From contig DASPWT010000112.1 of NCBI GenBank assembly GCA_035637655.1, positions 176-64,175 on the forward strand: 64,000 bases of DNA, written 5' to 3'. Below are positions 38,465 to 49,457 of this stretch, in pieces. Position 1 is the stretch's first letter; each line of letters opens with the position of its first letter. The notes beneath the pieces were generated by a model. It was not told where the DNA came from. It did no database searches and saw nothing but the letters and a program-made list of their open reading frames with translations. This stretch comes from Burkholderiales bacterium. GTDB lineage: Bacteria; Pseudomonadota; Gammaproteobacteria; Burkholderiales; SG8-39. The translations under genes were made by a program, and so were the position numbers.

Positions 38465-39889
38465 ATGGTGAGAGTACTGTTCGTTTGTCTGCTGCTCGGG
38501 CTGCCCTCTGCGCTGGTCGCGCAGGGACGCGAGCTGCCCGATTTCACCGAGCTCGCCGAAAGGCAGGGCCCCACCGTCGTCAATATCAGCACCACTCAGG
38601 TACGCGAACGCCGTACTTCGCCGCAGATTCCGAATCTCGAGGAAGACGATCCGCTCTACGATTTCTTCCGGCGCTTCGTCCCGCGCCCGCCGGGCCCCGG
38701 CGGACAAGGCCCGCGCGATTTCGAGAGCCGTTCGCTCGGTTCGGGCTTCATCATCAGTCCCGACGGCTACGTTCTCACCAACGCGCACGTAGTGGACTCC
38801 GCGGATGAGATCACCGTTCGCCTGACCGACAAGCGCGAATTCAAGGCTCGCGTCATCGGCGCGGACAGACGCACCGATCTCGCGCTGATCAAGATCGACG
38901 CCACCGGGCTGCCCGCCGTACGGATGGGCGATCCGAACCGGCTCAAAGTCGGCGAATGGGTCGTCGCGATCGGCTCGCCGTTCGGCTTTGACAGCACCGT
39001 CACCGCGGGCATTGTCAGCGCCAAAGGCCGCAGCCTGCCGCAGGAGAACTTCGTTCCCTTCATTCAGACCGACGTCGCGATCAACCCGGGGAATTCCGGC
39101 GGGCCGTTGTTCAACATGCGCGGCGAAGTCGTGGGAATCAATTCGCAAATCTACAGCCGCACCGGCGGTTTCATGGGACTGTCCTTCGCCATCCCCATCG
39201 ACGTCGCCATGGAGGTGCAGAACCAGCTGCGCCAGTCTGGCCGTGTCAGCCGCGGACGAATCGGCGTCGTGATCCAGGAAGTTTCGAAGGAACTCGCCGA
39301 GTCGTTCGGTCTTGCCAGGCCAGCGGGTGCCCTCGTCAATGCAGTCGAGAAAGGCGGCCCCGCGGAAAAGGCCGGCGTGGAAACCGGCGACATCATTCTC
39401 AAGTTCGACGGCAAATCGGTAACGAATTCGAGCGAGTTGCCGCGTATCGTCGGCAGCACCAGGCCCGGGAACAGAGCGAGCATGGAAGTGTGGCGCAGGG
39501 GCGTGACCCGGGAGATCAGCGTCACTGTCGGCGAATTGCCCGAGGATCGCGTCGCAAGCCGCAGCGAGCGCCGGAGAAAGCCGCCGGAGCAGGCGGCCAA
39601 TCGCCTCGGTTTCGCGGTCGTCGATCTTACCGCGGAGCAAAAGCGCGACCTGAAGCTGGGAGGTGGCGTGATCGTCGAAGAGGTCCGGAACAATCGCCGC
39701 GCGGATGTGCGTGCGGGCGACGTGATCACGGCGGTGACCAGCCGAGGTCAGACCACTGAAGTGAGATCCACCGAGCAGTTCAACAGGCTCCTCGGACAGC
39801 TCGAGCGCAACACCACGCTTACGCTCCACGTACGGCGCGGCGAGAGCAATCTGTTCGTAACCGTGAAGGGCGAAGGTGCGCCCGGCTAG
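38465..39889 (+). CDS. degP: Periplasmic serine endoprotease DegP/MucD (trypsin domain + 2 PDZ)
   Basis: Has a signal peptide and the His/Asp/Ser contexts TNAHVV, DLALIK and GNSGGPL. Confidence 0.9.
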   Translation: MVRVLFVCLLLGLPSALVAQGRELPDFTELAERQGPTVVNISTTQVRERRTSPQIPNLEEDDPLYDFFRRFVPRPPGPGGQGPRDFESRSLGSGFIISPDGYVLTNAHVVDSADEITVRLTDKREFKARVIGADRRTDLALIKIDATGLPAVRMGDPNRLKVGEWVVAIGSPFGFDSTVTAGIVSAKGRSLPQENFVPFIQTDVAINPGNSGGPLFNMRGEVVGINSQIYSRTGGFMGLSFAIPIDVAMEVQNQLRQSGRVSRGRIGVVIQEVSKELAESFGLARPAGALVNAVEKGGPAEKAGVETGDIILKFDGKSVTNSSELPRIVGSTRPGNRASMEVWRRGVTREISVTVGELPEDRVASRSERRRKPPEQAANRLGFAVVDLTAEQKRDLKLGGGVIVEEVRNNRRADVRAGDVITAVTSRGQTTEVRSTEQFNRLLGQLERNTTLTLHVRRGESNLFVTVKGEGAPG

Positions 39890-39949
39890 CGCATCCTGCA
39901 TATCCCGCTTAAACGCGCTAAAATTCAAAGTCTTGGAACCGAGAACGAA

Positions 39950-39973
39950 GGGTGCTGAACGGCACCCTTTTTT
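39950..39973 (+). terminator. Rho-independent terminator after degP
   Basis: gggtgc (39950-55), loop tgaacg, gcaccc (39962-67), followed by tttttt (39968-73). Confidence 0.75.
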
Positions 39974-39981
39974 GTAGGCCG

Positions 39982-41775
39982 ATGCAGCACATCCGCAACT
40001 TTTCGATCATCGCCCATATCGACCACGGCAAGTCGACGCTCGCCGACCGCTTCATCCAGCGCTGTGGCGGACTGTCGGAGCGGGAAATGTCGGAGCAGGT
40101 GCTCGATTCGATGGATCTGGAGCGTGAGCGCGGCATCACCATCAAGGCGCAGACCGCAGCGCTGCAATACACTTCGCGCGACGGGGAGACCTACAACCTG
40201 AATCTCATCGATACGCCGGGTCACGTCGACTTCTCTTACGAAGTATCGCGCTCGCTTGCCGCGTGCGAAGGGGCCCTGCTGGTGGTGGACGCAAGCCAGG
40301 GAGTGGAGGCGCAGACGGTGGCCAACTGCTACACCGCGATAGAGCAGGGGGTGGAGGTGGTGCCCGTGCTCAACAAGATCGACCTGCCCTCGGCCAATCC
40401 GGAGCGCGCCATCCAGGAAATCGAGGACGTCATCGGCATCAAGGCAAGCGATGCCTTACTCGTGAGCGCCAAGACCGGCGAAGGGGTGGAGGAAGTTCTC
40501 GAAGCGGTGATCCGTCGCATGCCACCCCCGAAAGGCGATCCGGCCGCCCCTCTCAAGGCGCTTATCATCGATTCGTGGTTCGACAATTACGTCGGCGTGA
40601 TCATGCTGGTGCGCCTGGTGGACGGAAGCATCCGGCCGAAGGACAAGCTGTTGCTGATGTCCACGCAAGCGGTCCACCTGTGCGAGCAGGTCGGCGTGTT
40701 CACGCCCAAGTCACAAGGCCGCGAGCAGCTTTCGGCCGGAGAGGTGGGATTCGTCACGGCCGGAGTGAGGGAACTCCAGCACGCGCGCGTCGGCGACACC
40801 ATTACCCTGGTCAATCGTCCCGCGGCCATGCCGCTGCCGGGCTTCAAGGAGATCAAGCCGCAGGTGTTCGCCGGGCTCTATCCGGTCGAGGCGAGCGAGT
40901 ACGAAGCGCTGCGCGACGCGCTGGAGAAGCTCAAGCTCAACGACGCGTCGCTGCACTACGAGCCGGAAACCTCCCAGGCGCTCGGCTTCGGATTCCGCTG
41001 CGGGTTTCTGGGCCTCCTGCACATGGATATCGTGCAGGAGCGGCTGGAAAGGGAATACGAAATGGCGCTCGTCACGACCGCACCCACGGTGGTGTACGAG
41101 GTACTGCTGCGGGACGGGACAGTCGCGCGCATCGAGAACCCCGCGAAAATGCCGGATCCCTCGAAAATCGAGGAGATTCGCGAGCCGATCATCGAAACGA
41201 TCATTTTCGTGCCGCAGGAGTACGTCGGAGCGATCATGACCCTGTGCACGCAAAAGCGCGGAGTACAGAAGAATATGCAGTATCACGCACGCCAGGTGAT
41301 GCTGACCTACGAGATGCCGCTCAACGAGGTGGTCATGGATTTTTTCGACAAGCTCAAATCCGCAAGCCGAGGCTACGCGTCGCTCGACTACGAGTTCAAG
41401 GAGTACCGCGCCGCCGACATGGTGAAGCTCGACATCCTCATCAACGGGGAGCGGGTCGATGCTCTGTCGCTCATGGTGCACCGGGAAAACTCGTCCTACC
41501 GTGGCCGCGATCTGGTTTCGAGAATGCGCGAACTGATCCCGCGACAGATGTTCGACGTGGCGGTTCAGGCGGCAATCGGCTCGCACGTCATTGCGCGCGA
41601 GACCGTCAAGGCGCTGCGCAAGAACGTGCTGGCGAAGTGCTACGGTGGCGACGTGTCGCGCAAAAGGAAATTGCTGGAAAAGCAGAAAGCGGGGAAGAAG
41701 CGCATGAAGCAGGTCGGGACGGTGGAAATACCCCAGGAGGCGTTCCTGGCCATACTCCAGGTTGAAAGCAAATGA
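39982..41775 (+). CDS. lepA: Elongation factor 4
   Basis: ATG at 39982 ([23 protein letters not shown]). Contains DTPGHVDF and NKID. Confidence 0.95.
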   Translation: MQHIRNFSIIAHIDHGKSTLADRFIQRCGGLSEREMSEQVLDSMDLERERGITIKAQTAALQYTSRDGETYNLNLIDTPGHVDFSYEVSRSLAACEGALLVVDASQGVEAQTVANCYTAIEQGVEVVPVLNKIDLPSANPERAIQEIEDVIGIKASDALLVSAKTGEGVEEVLEAVIRRMPPPKGDPAAPLKALIIDSWFDNYVGVIMLVRLVDGSIRPKDKLLLMSTQAVHLCEQVGVFTPKSQGREQLSAGEVGFVTAGVRELQHARVGDTITLVNRPAAMPLPGFKEIKPQVFAGLYPVEASEYEALRDALEKLKLNDASLHYEPETSQALGFGFRCGFLGLLHMDIVQERLEREYEMALVTTAPTVVYEVLLRDGTVARIENPAKMPDPSKIEEIREPIIETIIFVPQEYVGAIMTLCTQKRGVQKNMQYHARQVMLTYEMPLNEVVMDFFDKLKSASRGYASLDYEFKEYRAADMVKLDILINGERVDALSLMVHRENSSYRGRDLVSRMRELIPRQMFDVAVQAAIGSHVIARETVKALRKNVLAKCYGGDVSRKRKLLEKQKAGKKRMKQVGTVEIPQEAFLAILQVESK

Positions 41776-42560
41776 ATTTCGCCCTGATCCTGTTTGTCCT
41801 GTTGGTTTTCACCGGGGCATTTGCCCTGGCAGACGCCGTCTATTTCGCGAAGCACCGAGGAAAGGGCGACAAGGAGCCCTGGTGGATCGAATATCCGAAG
41901 AGCTTCTTCCCGGTCATTCTCATCGTTTTCCTGCTGCGCTCGTTTCTGGTCGAGCCTTTCAAGATTCCTTCAGGCTCGATGGTGCCGACCCTGGTGGTCG
42001 GGGATTTCATCCTGGTCAACAAGTTCGCCTATGGCATCCGGGTCCCGCTCATCAACAAGAAGGTCGTCAGTATCGGGGAACCCAGGCGCGGCGATGTGAT
42101 GGTGTTTCGTTTTCCGGAGGATCCGTCGCTCGATTACATCAAGCGCGTGATCGGCGTTCCCGGTGACAAGATCGTCTACGAGAACAAGAAACTCTTCGTC
42201 AACGGCGTCGCGCAACCGCGCAAGCAGATCTCCGATTATCTGAATCGCGAGCGGATCCACTACTCGGCGCGGTTTATCGAGACCGTGGGCGGGGTCCAAC
42301 ATCCCATTCTCCTTGAGGGTGATGCGCCGGCGGCGGTTCCCTTCACGCGACCGTTCCCGTTTCGCGAAAATTGCAACTACAATAGCGAGGGCGTGGCGTG
42401 CACCGTGCCTCCCGGGCATTATTTCATGATGGGCGACAACCGCGACAACTCAGCGGACAGCCGGGTGTGGGGCTTCGTACCGGACGAGAATATCGTCGGA
42501 AAGGCGTTTTTCATCTGGTTCAATTTCAGCGAGCCGCGGCGCTTTGGCAAATTTCAATGA
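41772..42560 (+). CDS. lepB: Signal peptidase I
   Basis: ATGA coupling to lepA. Contains [29 protein letters not shown] and [11 protein letters not shown]. Confidence 0.9.
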   Translation: MNFALILFVLLVFTGAFALADAVYFAKHRGKGDKEPWWIEYPKSFFPVILIVFLLRSFLVEPFKIPSGSMVPTLVVGDFILVNKFAYGIRVPLINKKVVSIGEPRRGDVMVFRFPEDPSLDYIKRVIGVPGDKIVYENKKLFVNGVAQPRKQISDYLNRERIHYSARFIETVGGVQHPILLEGDAPAAVPFTRPFPFRENCNYNSEGVACTVPPGHYFMMGDNRDNSADSRVWGFVPDENIVGKAFFIWFNFSEPRRFGKFQ

Positions 42561-42570
42561 AGGGGGATCC

Positions 42571-42921
42571 ATGAAGAATCAGCGAGGTCTTAGCCTGATT
42601 GGAATGGTGGTGATGTGCATCGTCATTGTCATCGTCGCGATCGGCGGCCTGAAGATCGCTCCCGCCTACATCGAGTACTACAAGGTCAAGAAGGCGATCG
42701 TGGGCATAGCTCAGACCAACAGCAGGGCCACCGTCGCAGAGGTGCGCGAGGCGTTCAACCGGCGCGCGGCGATCGACGACATCGACGTGATCGCGGGCAG
42801 GGACCTCGATGTCACGAAGGAAGGCAACGACATTGTGATCTCGTTCGCCTATCCGAAGCGAATCTCGCTGTTCGGCAATGTCAGCGTCGTGTTCGATTTT
42901 GCTGCGAGCAGCAGTAATTAA
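42571..42921 (+). CDS. DUF4845-domain membrane-anchored protein
   Basis: ATG at 42571 follows AAGGGGGA. It has an N-terminal TM ([17 protein letters not shown]) and occupies the conserved lepB-rnc position. Confidence 0.6.
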   Translation: MKNQRGLSLIGMVVMCIVIVIVAIGGLKIAPAYIEYYKVKKAIVGIAQTNSRATVAEVREAFNRRAAIDDIDVIAGRDLDVTKEGNDIVISFAYPKRISLFGNVSVVFDFAASSSN

Positions 42922-42932
42922 CGACACACCGA

Positions 42933-43616
42933 GTGGAACGGGAGCGTCTTCAGCAGCATATCGGATACCGCTTTTCCCGGCCGGAGCTGCTCGCGCGCGC
43001 TCTCACTCACCGCAGTCACAGCGCGCTTCACAACGAGCGACTGGAGTTCCTGGGCGACAGCATTCTCAACTGCGTCGTTGCAGCCGAGCTGTTCGAGCGC
43101 TTCGACGGGCTTTCAGAGGGAGACCTGTCCCGGCTGCGGGCGCAGCTGGTGCGCGAGGAGACTTTGTATCAGGTGGCGCAGACGCTCGGCATGGGCGATC
43201 ACCTGCAGCTGGGCGAAGGCGAGCTGAAGAGCGGTGGGTTCGCGCGGCCCTCCATTCTGGCCGACGCGTTCGAAGCGCTGATAGGCGCGGTCTTTGTGGA
43301 CGGCGGTTTTTCAGCGGCCCGGGAGACCATTCGGCGCTTGTATGGGCCGCTGCTTGCCGGCCTGGATCCGCAGGCGCCCGGTAAAGACCCGAAGACTCTT
43401 TTGCAGGAATTGCTTCAGGCCAGGAAGGTCGCGCTGCCTCAATATTCCGTGGTGGCAACCCACGGGGCGGCGCACAGCCAGGATTTCGAGGTGGAGTGCC
43501 TGATTCCCCAGCTCTCGGTGCGGACTACGGGCAATGGGAGCAGCCGGCGAGGCGCCGAGCAGGTAGCGGCCATGCGCGCCTTCGAGCAGATCCGCCGTCG
43601 AACGGCCGTACCGTGA
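42933..43616 (+). CDS. rnc: Ribonuclease III
   Basis: Contains [12 protein letters not shown] and a C-terminal dsRBD. Confidence 0.9.
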   Translation: MERERLQQHIGYRFSRPELLARALTHRSHSALHNERLEFLGDSILNCVVAAELFERFDGLSEGDLSRLRAQLVREETLYQVAQTLGMGDHLQLGEGELKSGGFARPSILADAFEALIGAVFVDGGFSAARETIRRLYGPLLAGLDPQAPGKDPKTLLQELLQARKVALPQYSVVATHGAAHSQDFEVECLIPQLSVRTTGNGSSRRGAEQVAAMRAFEQIRRRTAVP

Positions 43617-44503
43617 TCGCCCCGGAACCGTTTCGTTGTGGAGTGATCGCCCTGATCGGACGTCCCAACGTCGGCAAATCCACGTTGCTGAATGCATTGC
43701 TGGGACAAAAACTCAGCATCACCTCGCACAAGCCGCAGACCACGCGGCAATCCCTTCGCGGGGTCCTCACCACGGAGACGGCGCAGTTCGTCCTCATCGA
43801 CACCCCGGGTTTCCAGATCCGGCACCGCGGCGCGCTCAACCGGGCGATGAACCGCGCGGTTCGCGCGGCGCTCGAGGCGGTCGATGTGGTGGCTCTGGTC
43901 GTCGAAGCGAAGCGCTTCGGGGCGGAGGATCGTACGCTGCTGAAACTCGCGCCTGCGGGGGTTCCGCTGTTTCTGGTCGTGAACAAGATCGACGCGACCG
44001 AACCGGCGGGTTTGCTGCCGTTTCTGAAAAAGGCCGCAGGCGAAGCCGAGTTCGATGAAATCGTTCCGGTCAGCGCAAGCCGCCGCAAGGGGCTCGATGA
44101 GCTGCTGGGGGCGCTCAGGCGCCACCTGCCGGAGCAGCCGGCGATCCATTCCGAGGACGACTTAACCGACCGCAACGAGCGGTTTCTCGCCGCAGAATTC
44201 CTGCGAGAAAAGCTGTTTCGCCTTCTGGGCGAGGAGCTTCCTTACAGCGCCGGGGTGGAAATCGAGAAATTCGAGGAGCAGCGCGGCATGCGGCGGGTTC
44301 ACGCCGCGATCGTCGTGGGAAAAGAAGGACACAAGGCAATCATCATCGGATCGGGCGGGAGCAAGCTGAAGAGAATTGCCACGGCCGCGCGTCTCGACAT
44401 GGAGACGCTTTTCGGCTGCAAGGTCTATCTGCAAGTCTGGGTCAAGGTCCGCGGCGGCTGGACGGACGACGAAGCAGCGCTGAGACGCATGGGCTATGGT
44501 TGA
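43613..44503 (+). CDS. era: GTPase Era
   Basis: The GTGA overlap with rnc marks the start. Contains [18 protein letters not shown] and a KH domain. The ORF-track start at 43496 is inside rnc. Confidence 0.9.
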   Translation: MIAPEPFRCGVIALIGRPNVGKSTLLNALLGQKLSITSHKPQTTRQSLRGVLTTETAQFVLIDTPGFQIRHRGALNRAMNRAVRAALEAVDVVALVVEAKRFGAEDRTLLKLAPAGVPLFLVVNKIDATEPAGLLPFLKKAAGEAEFDEIVPVSASRRKGLDELLGALRRHLPEQPAIHSEDDLTDRNERFLAAEFLREKLFRLLGEELPYSAGVEIEKFEEQRGMRRVHAAIVVGKEGHKAIIIGSGGSKLKRIATAARLDMETLFGCKVYLQVWVKVRGGWTDDEAALRRMGYG

Positions 44504-45215
44504 GCGCACCAGACAGGAAAGCCGTGAAGCCTTCGTCCTGCACGGCTACCCGTATCGCGAGACGAGCCTGCTGCTCGAAGTGTTTACCCGTGCATTCGGA
44601 CGCGTGTCGATGGTGGCGCGGGGAGCGCGCAGCGCGCGCTCTCCCCTGCGCGGGGTGTTGCTCGCCTTTCAGCCGCTTGCACTGTCCTGGTTCGGCAAGG
44701 GCGAGCTGCGGACTCTCGCACGCGCCGAGTGGGTCGGCGGACAACCGCTGCTCCACGGCGAAGCGCTCATGTGCGGGTTCTATCTCAACGAGCTCCTGTT
44801 GCGGCTGCTGCCCCGCGAAGATCCCCACGATGCCCTGTTTTTGCGATACTGGGAAGCCCTGCGGGAACTCGCGCCGCACGGCGGGTCGGCTGCGGCCCTG
44901 CGTTCGTTCGAGAGAGCTCTGCTCAAGGAGCTCGGGTACGCCATGACGCTCGAGCGCGACAGCACGAGCGGCGGCGCGATCGACCCGGCGAAGAGCTATG
45001 CGTACGATCCCGAGCGCGGACCGATCGAGGTCAAAGACACGGGGCCGGAGCCTCGTGTGTCCGGCCGGACGCTTCTCGACATGGCGCGCGACGACTACGC
45101 CGATCCCCAGACTCAGCAACAGGCCAAGGCGCTGATGCGCACGCTCATCAATCATCGCCTCGATCACCAGCCTCTGAAAAGCCGCCAGATCTTCAGGGAT
45201 CTGCTCGCCCTCTGA
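44496..45215 (+). CDS. recO: DNA repair protein RecO
   Basis: Contains AFVLHGYPYRETSLLLEVFT and occupies the conserved era-recO-pdxJ position. Confidence 0.85.
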   Translation: MVERTRQESREAFVLHGYPYRETSLLLEVFTRAFGRVSMVARGARSARSPLRGVLLAFQPLALSWFGKGELRTLARAEWVGGQPLLHGEALMCGFYLNELLLRLLPREDPHDALFLRYWEALRELAPHGGSAAALRSFERALLKELGYAMTLERDSTSGGAIDPAKSYAYDPERGPIEVKDTGPEPRVSGRTLLDMARDDYADPQTQQQAKALMRTLINHRLDHQPLKSRQIFRDLLAL

Positions 45216-45227
45216 GGCTTCATCCGC

Positions 45228-45971
45228 ATGACTCTTTTGAGCGTCAATCTCAACAAGGTTGCGCTGCTGCGCAATACCCGCACCATCGGCATTCCAAGTG
45301 TGGTCCACGCGGCGCGCCTTGCGCTGGGCGCGGGCGCTCACGGAATCACGGTCCACCCGCGCCCCGACGGGCGCCACGTGCGGGCTCAGGATGTGCGCGA
45401 ACTCGCCGTCGTCCTGCGGGATCGGCCCGGAACGGAATTCAACATCGAAGGCAATCCGTTTCACGGCCTGCTCGAGTTTGTGCGCGAGGTGCGCCCGGCG
45501 CAGTGCACGCTGGTTCCCGACGAAACCGGCGCCTTCACCTCCGACCACGGCTGGGATCTCGGCAGGGACGGCGCGCGGCTCGGGCCCGTCGTGGAGGAAC
45601 TCAAGTCGCTGGGCGTGCGGGTGAGCCTATTCATGGATCCGGTTTCGGAGGCGATGACGGCCGCTGCCGACCTGGGTGCCGACCGGGTCGAGCTGTATAC
45701 GGAACCCTACGCCCGCGCGTTCGGCGCCGTGGAGCAGGAAGCCGTGCTCGGACGTTACGCGCAAGCCGCGCGCGCCGCGCAGCACTCAGGGCTGGGCGTC
45801 AACGCCGGCCACGACCTCAATCTGGACAATCTGCCGGTCTTCCTGCGCTCGGTGCCAAAGGTGCTGGAAGTGTCCATCGGACACGCGTTGATCTCCGACG
45901 CCCTGGATTGCGGCCTGGCTGAAGCAGTGCGCCGGTATCTCGAGGCGATTCGGCGAGGCAATGCCTCATGA
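45228..45971 (+). CDS. pdxJ: Pyridoxine 5'-phosphate synthase
   Basis: Contains LSVNLNKVALLRN, ITVHPRPDGRH and EVSIGHALI. Confidence 0.9.
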   Translation: MTLLSVNLNKVALLRNTRTIGIPSVVHAARLALGAGAHGITVHPRPDGRHVRAQDVRELAVVLRDRPGTEFNIEGNPFHGLLEFVREVRPAQCTLVPDETGAFTSDHGWDLGRDGARLGPVVEELKSLGVRVSLFMDPVSEAMTAAADLGADRVELYTEPYARAFGAVEQEAVLGRYAQAARAAQHSGLGVNAGHDLNLDNLPVFLRSVPKVLEVSIGHALISDALDCGLAEAVRRYLEAIRRGNAS

Positions 45972-46372
45972 TCCTCGGAATCGGGACCGATCTTTGCGAC
46001 ATCGGCCGGATCGAACGGGCACTGGAGCGCTTCGGCGAAAAATTCGCCGCGCGGGTGCTGGTCGATTCCGAACTGCAGCGTTTTCGCCGTCATCGCAAGC
46101 CCGCTGCCTACCTCGCCAAGCGCTTCGCCGCCAAGGAAGCGTTTTCCAAGGCGCTCGGCACCGGGATCCATTTTCCGGTCAACTGGCACAACGTCTGGGT
46201 CGAAAACGAGCGCTCGGGGAAGCCTTCGCTCAAATTCTCCAAGCCGCTGGCGGCGCTTCTCAAACGGCGCGGCATTGCGAACGTATATGTATCCCTGACC
46301 GACGAAATCGGCATGGCCTGCGCGTTTGTCGTGGTCGAAGGAGCTCCTGCGAAGGCCCGGAGGAAAGAATGA
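45968..46372 (+). CDS. acpS: Holo-ACP synthase
   Basis: ATGA coupling. Contains ILGIGTDLCDIGRIE, AKEAFSKALG and a C-terminal VSLTDE. Confidence 0.9.
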   Translation: MILGIGTDLCDIGRIERALERFGEKFAARVLVDSELQRFRRHRKPAAYLAKRFAAKEAFSKALGTGIHFPVNWHNVWVENERSGKPSLKFSKPLAALLKRRGIANVYVSLTDEIGMACAFVVVEGAPAKARRKE

Positions 46373-47379
46373 CACTCGGCCCGGTGATGCTCGATGTAGC
46401 CGGGCTACGGGTTACGCCGGAGGAGAAGGAGATCCTGCGTCACCCCTCGGTGGGCGGCGTGATTCTATTTGCGCGCAACTTCCAGTCCCCGCGGCAGCTC
46501 CTCGCGCTCACGGCGGAGATTCGCGCTCTGCGCCGGCCCGAGCTGCTCATCGCGGTGGACCACGAAGGCGGCCGCGTGCAGCGGTTCCAGGAAGGCTTCA
46601 CGCGCATTCCGCCGATGCGATTGCTGGGCGAGAGCTGGGAGAACGCTCCGCCCCGGGCGAAGGCGCTCGCCGAGGCGGTCGGTTACGTCATCGCAACGGA
46701 GCTGCAGACACACGGAGTCGATTTCAGCTTCGCGCCGGTGCTCGACGTGGACTTCGGCTCGAGCAGCATCATCGGAGATCGCGCTTTCTCGGACGAGCCC
46801 GCGGTGATCGCGGCGCTCGCCGGCGCGTTCGTCGCCGGATCGACGGCCGGCGGCGCGGCCTCGGTCGGCAAGCATTTCCCCGGTCACGGCTACGTGAAGG
46901 CGGATTCGCACGTCGATGTTCCGGTGGACGAGCGCGGCCTCGATGAAATCGAAGCGAACGACCTGCAACCTTACGGCGAGCTGATTGCGCTCGGGCTCGC
47001 CGGGGTGATGCCCGCTCACGTGATCTATCCCGCGGTGGACAGCCGGCCGGCGGGCTATTCGCCGGTGTGGCTGAAGGACATCCTGCGGCGCCGCCTCGGA
47101 TTTGACGGCACGATCTTCAGCGACGATCTCTCGATGGAAGGCGCGAGCGTCGCAGGGGGGCCGAGGGAACGTGCGCTCGCCGCGCTGGAGGCCGGTTGCG
47201 ACATGGTTTTGCTGTGCAACGCGCCACAGAGCGCAGCGGGGCTCCTTGACGCGCTGAAGGGCCGGGCGCTCGATCCGCGACGCGCCGAGCGAATGCGCGG
47301 ACGCGGGCCACTCAAGCCTCTGGTTTCTGATACGCGCTACGCGTCGGCGGTTGCCGCGATCCAGGCTGTCTCGGTTTAG
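46369..47379 (+). CDS. nagZ: Beta-N-acetylhexosaminidase
   Basis: ATGA coupling to acpS. Contains VGGVILFARN, AVDHEGGRVQRF and KHFPGHG. Confidence 0.85.
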   Translation: MTLGPVMLDVAGLRVTPEEKEILRHPSVGGVILFARNFQSPRQLLALTAEIRALRRPELLIAVDHEGGRVQRFQEGFTRIPPMRLLGESWENAPPRAKALAEAVGYVIATELQTHGVDFSFAPVLDVDFGSSSIIGDRAFSDEPAVIAALAGAFVAGSTAGGAASVGKHFPGHGYVKADSHVDVPVDERGLDEIEANDLQPYGELIALGLAGVMPAHVIYPAVDSRPAGYSPVWLKDILRRRLGFDGTIFSDDLSMEGASVAGGPRERALAALEAGCDMVLLCNAPQSAAGLLDALKGRALDPRRAERMRGRGPLKPLVSDTRYASAVAAIQAVSV

Positions 47380-47388
47380 AATTCGAGA

Positions 47389-48294
47389 GTGACACACGAC
47401 CACGATCACGGCGCGCACGATCCGCGACATGCCGGCCGGGCCTTCGCGCTGGGCATCGGCCTGAATCTCGCATTCGTGCTGGTCGAGGCGGTCTACGGCG
47501 TGCTCGCGCACTCCATGGCGCTGCTCGCCGACGCCGGCCATAACTTGAGCGATGTACTCGCGCTGACGCTCGCATGGGGCGCGAGCACATTGGCGAGGCG
47601 CGGGCCCTCGGAGCGCTTCACTTACGGCCTGCGCAGCTCGTCGATCCTGGTCGCGCTGCTGAACGCGGCGCTCCTCCTCGTGGTGACGGGCGGCATTGCC
47701 TGGGAGGCGATCAATCGCCTGGCGACGCCTTCGCCCGTCGCCGGTGAAACTGTGATCTGGGTGGCGCTCGTCGGCATAGTGATCAACGGGGTGGGCGCGA
47801 TGCTGTTCGCGCGCGGTCGCCGGCGCGACATCAACATGCGCGGCGCGTTCCTGCATCTCGCGGCCGACGCGGCGGTCTCGCTCGGCGTCGTCATCGCGGG
47901 AGTCGGGATCCTCGCCACCGGCTGGCTGTGGCTCGACCCGCTCACCGGCCTCGTCATCGCGGTTGCCATCGTGTGGAGCACCTGGGGCCTCTTGCGCGAT
48001 TCGGTCGCGCTCGCCTTGAACGCCGTCCCCGAGCACATCGATCCGCGCGTGGTGCGCACCTACCTGTCGCTGCTCGCGGGCGTGGCCGAGGTGCACGACC
48101 TGCATATCTGGGCGATGAGCACCACGGAGACCGCGCTCACCGTGCACCTCGTCATCCCCGGCGGGCATCCCGGCGACGCGTTCATGGCGGAAGTGTGCAA
48201 GGAACTGCGCGCGCGCTATCACGTGCACCACGCGACCATCCAGGTCGAAACCGGCGCGCACCCGTGCGAGCTGGCGCCGGATCACGTGGTGTAG
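47389..48294 (+). CDS. Cation diffusion facilitator transporter (CzcD/ZitB-like)
   Basis: GTG start and a His-rich N-terminus. Contains HSMALLADAGHNLSD and HLAADA. Confidence 0.85.
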   Translation: MTHDHDHGAHDPRHAGRAFALGIGLNLAFVLVEAVYGVLAHSMALLADAGHNLSDVLALTLAWGASTLARRGPSERFTYGLRSSSILVALLNAALLLVVTGGIAWEAINRLATPSPVAGETVIWVALVGIVINGVGAMLFARGRRRDINMRGAFLHLAADAAVSLGVVIAGVGILATGWLWLDPLTGLVIAVAIVWSTWGLLRDSVALALNAVPEHIDPRVVRTYLSLLAGVAEVHDLHIWAMSTTETALTVHLVIPGGHPGDAFMAEVCKELRARYHVHHATIQVETGAHPCELAPDHVV

Positions 48295-48395
48295 GGAGAG
48301 TCGATCGTTCTGCGCTTTGGAACTGACAGTGGTATCTTGATCGAATGGGTCTCGTGGCAGACGAAGGATTCAAGCTTTATTAAGGAGGCGACAAT

Positions 48396-48881
48396 ATGGC
48401 ACCGAACAATTCAGCCGTTCGCACTGGTTCCACCCTGATGTTGATTGCTGGGCTGGCTTTTATTGGCTATGCCGTAGTCTTTTTTATCCGCAGTTTTACC
48501 GGTACTGGTTTTGAGCTTGGCGTAGAGACCTTAAATGGCGTAACCAAAGCGCAACTCAATGCCCTTAACCCCGCGGTGGTTTACTACATTAACCATTTGC
48601 ACATCGCAACCGCGGGGTTTATTGCCGCTACAGGCATAGCTGTTGCAGCTCTCTCTTGGTGGGGAGTCCGCAAGGGAGAATGGTGGGCGTGGTGGGCAGC
48701 CATGGTTTCCCCCGTGGCGGGCTTAGCCGTTGCTCTGCCGATGCATTACTTCGGTCACTTTACCTATGACTGGGTGAGTCATCTGGGTCCGATTTATCTG
48801 GCAACGCTCGTATTCGTGATAGGGGCTCTGCAAGCCCTACGCGGTTTTCTACAAGAAGGCGGCAGCGGACCGGCCCGCTAG
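48396..48881 (+). CDS. Hypothetical four-TM membrane protein in a low-GC insert
   Basis: A strong RBS AAGGAGG is 7 nt upstream. G+C is visibly lower than the flanks. The protein is Trp-rich (WWGVRKGEWWAWWAAM). No family was recognised. Confidence 0.55.
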   Translation: MAPNNSAVRTGSTLMLIAGLAFIGYAVVFFIRSFTGTGFELGVETLNGVTKAQLNALNPAVVYYINHLHIATAGFIAATGIAVAALSWWGVRKGEWWAWWAAMVSPVAGLAVALPMHYFGHFTYDWVSHLGPIYLATLVFVIGALQALRGFLQEGGSGPAR

Positions 48882-48890
48882 CGAAGACCG

Positions 48891-49457
48891 CTACACGCGC
48901 TCGATATACGCACCGTCGTTGGTGTTGACCTTGATTTTCTCGCCGGAGTTGACGAACGGCGGGACCTGGACGATGAGGCCGGTCTCGGTCTTGGCCGGCT
49001 TGAACGAGGTCGTGACGGTGGCGTTCCTGATGTTGGGGTCGGTTTCGGTCACGGTGAGCACGACCGAAGGCGGCAGCTCGACCCCGATCGGCTTGTCGTT
49101 GTAGAACACCACCTGCACGTCGGTGTTGGGCAGCAGGTAGCCCGTCTGACCCTCGAGCATTTCATCCGACAAGGTCAGCTGCTCGTAATTCTCCTTGTCC
49201 ATGAAAACATAGCCGGTGCCCTCGTTGTAGAGGTACTGCATCTCGCGCGGATCGACGAAAGCGCGTTCGACCTTGTCCTCGGTGCGGATGCGCTGGTTGG
49301 TCTTGGTGCCGCTCTCGATGTCCTTCATCTCGACCTGCATGAAGGCCCCGCCGCGCCCGCCGACGTGCACGTGGTAGCATTTGATCACGCGCCAGATCCG
49401 CTTTTCCCATTCGAGCAGATGACCGACGCGGATTTCGGTAGCGAGAACTTTGGCCAT
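48891..49457 (-). CDS. efp: Elongation factor P family protein
   Basis: Three-domain EF-P pattern (FVDPREMQYLYNEG..YVFMD, FKPAKTETGLIVQVPPFVNSGEKIKV). The loop is VGGRGGAF where E. coli has KPGKGQAF. Confidence 0.85.
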   Translation of the reverse strand: MAKVLATEIRVGHLLEWEKRIWRVIKCYHVHVGGRGGAFMQVEMKDIESGTKTNQRIRTEDKVERAFVDPREMQYLYNEGTGYVFMDKENYEQLTLSDEMLEGQTGYLLPNTDVQVVFYNDKPIGVELPPSVVLTVTETDPNIRNATVTTSFKPAKTETGLIVQVPPFVNSGEKIKVNTNDGAYIERV

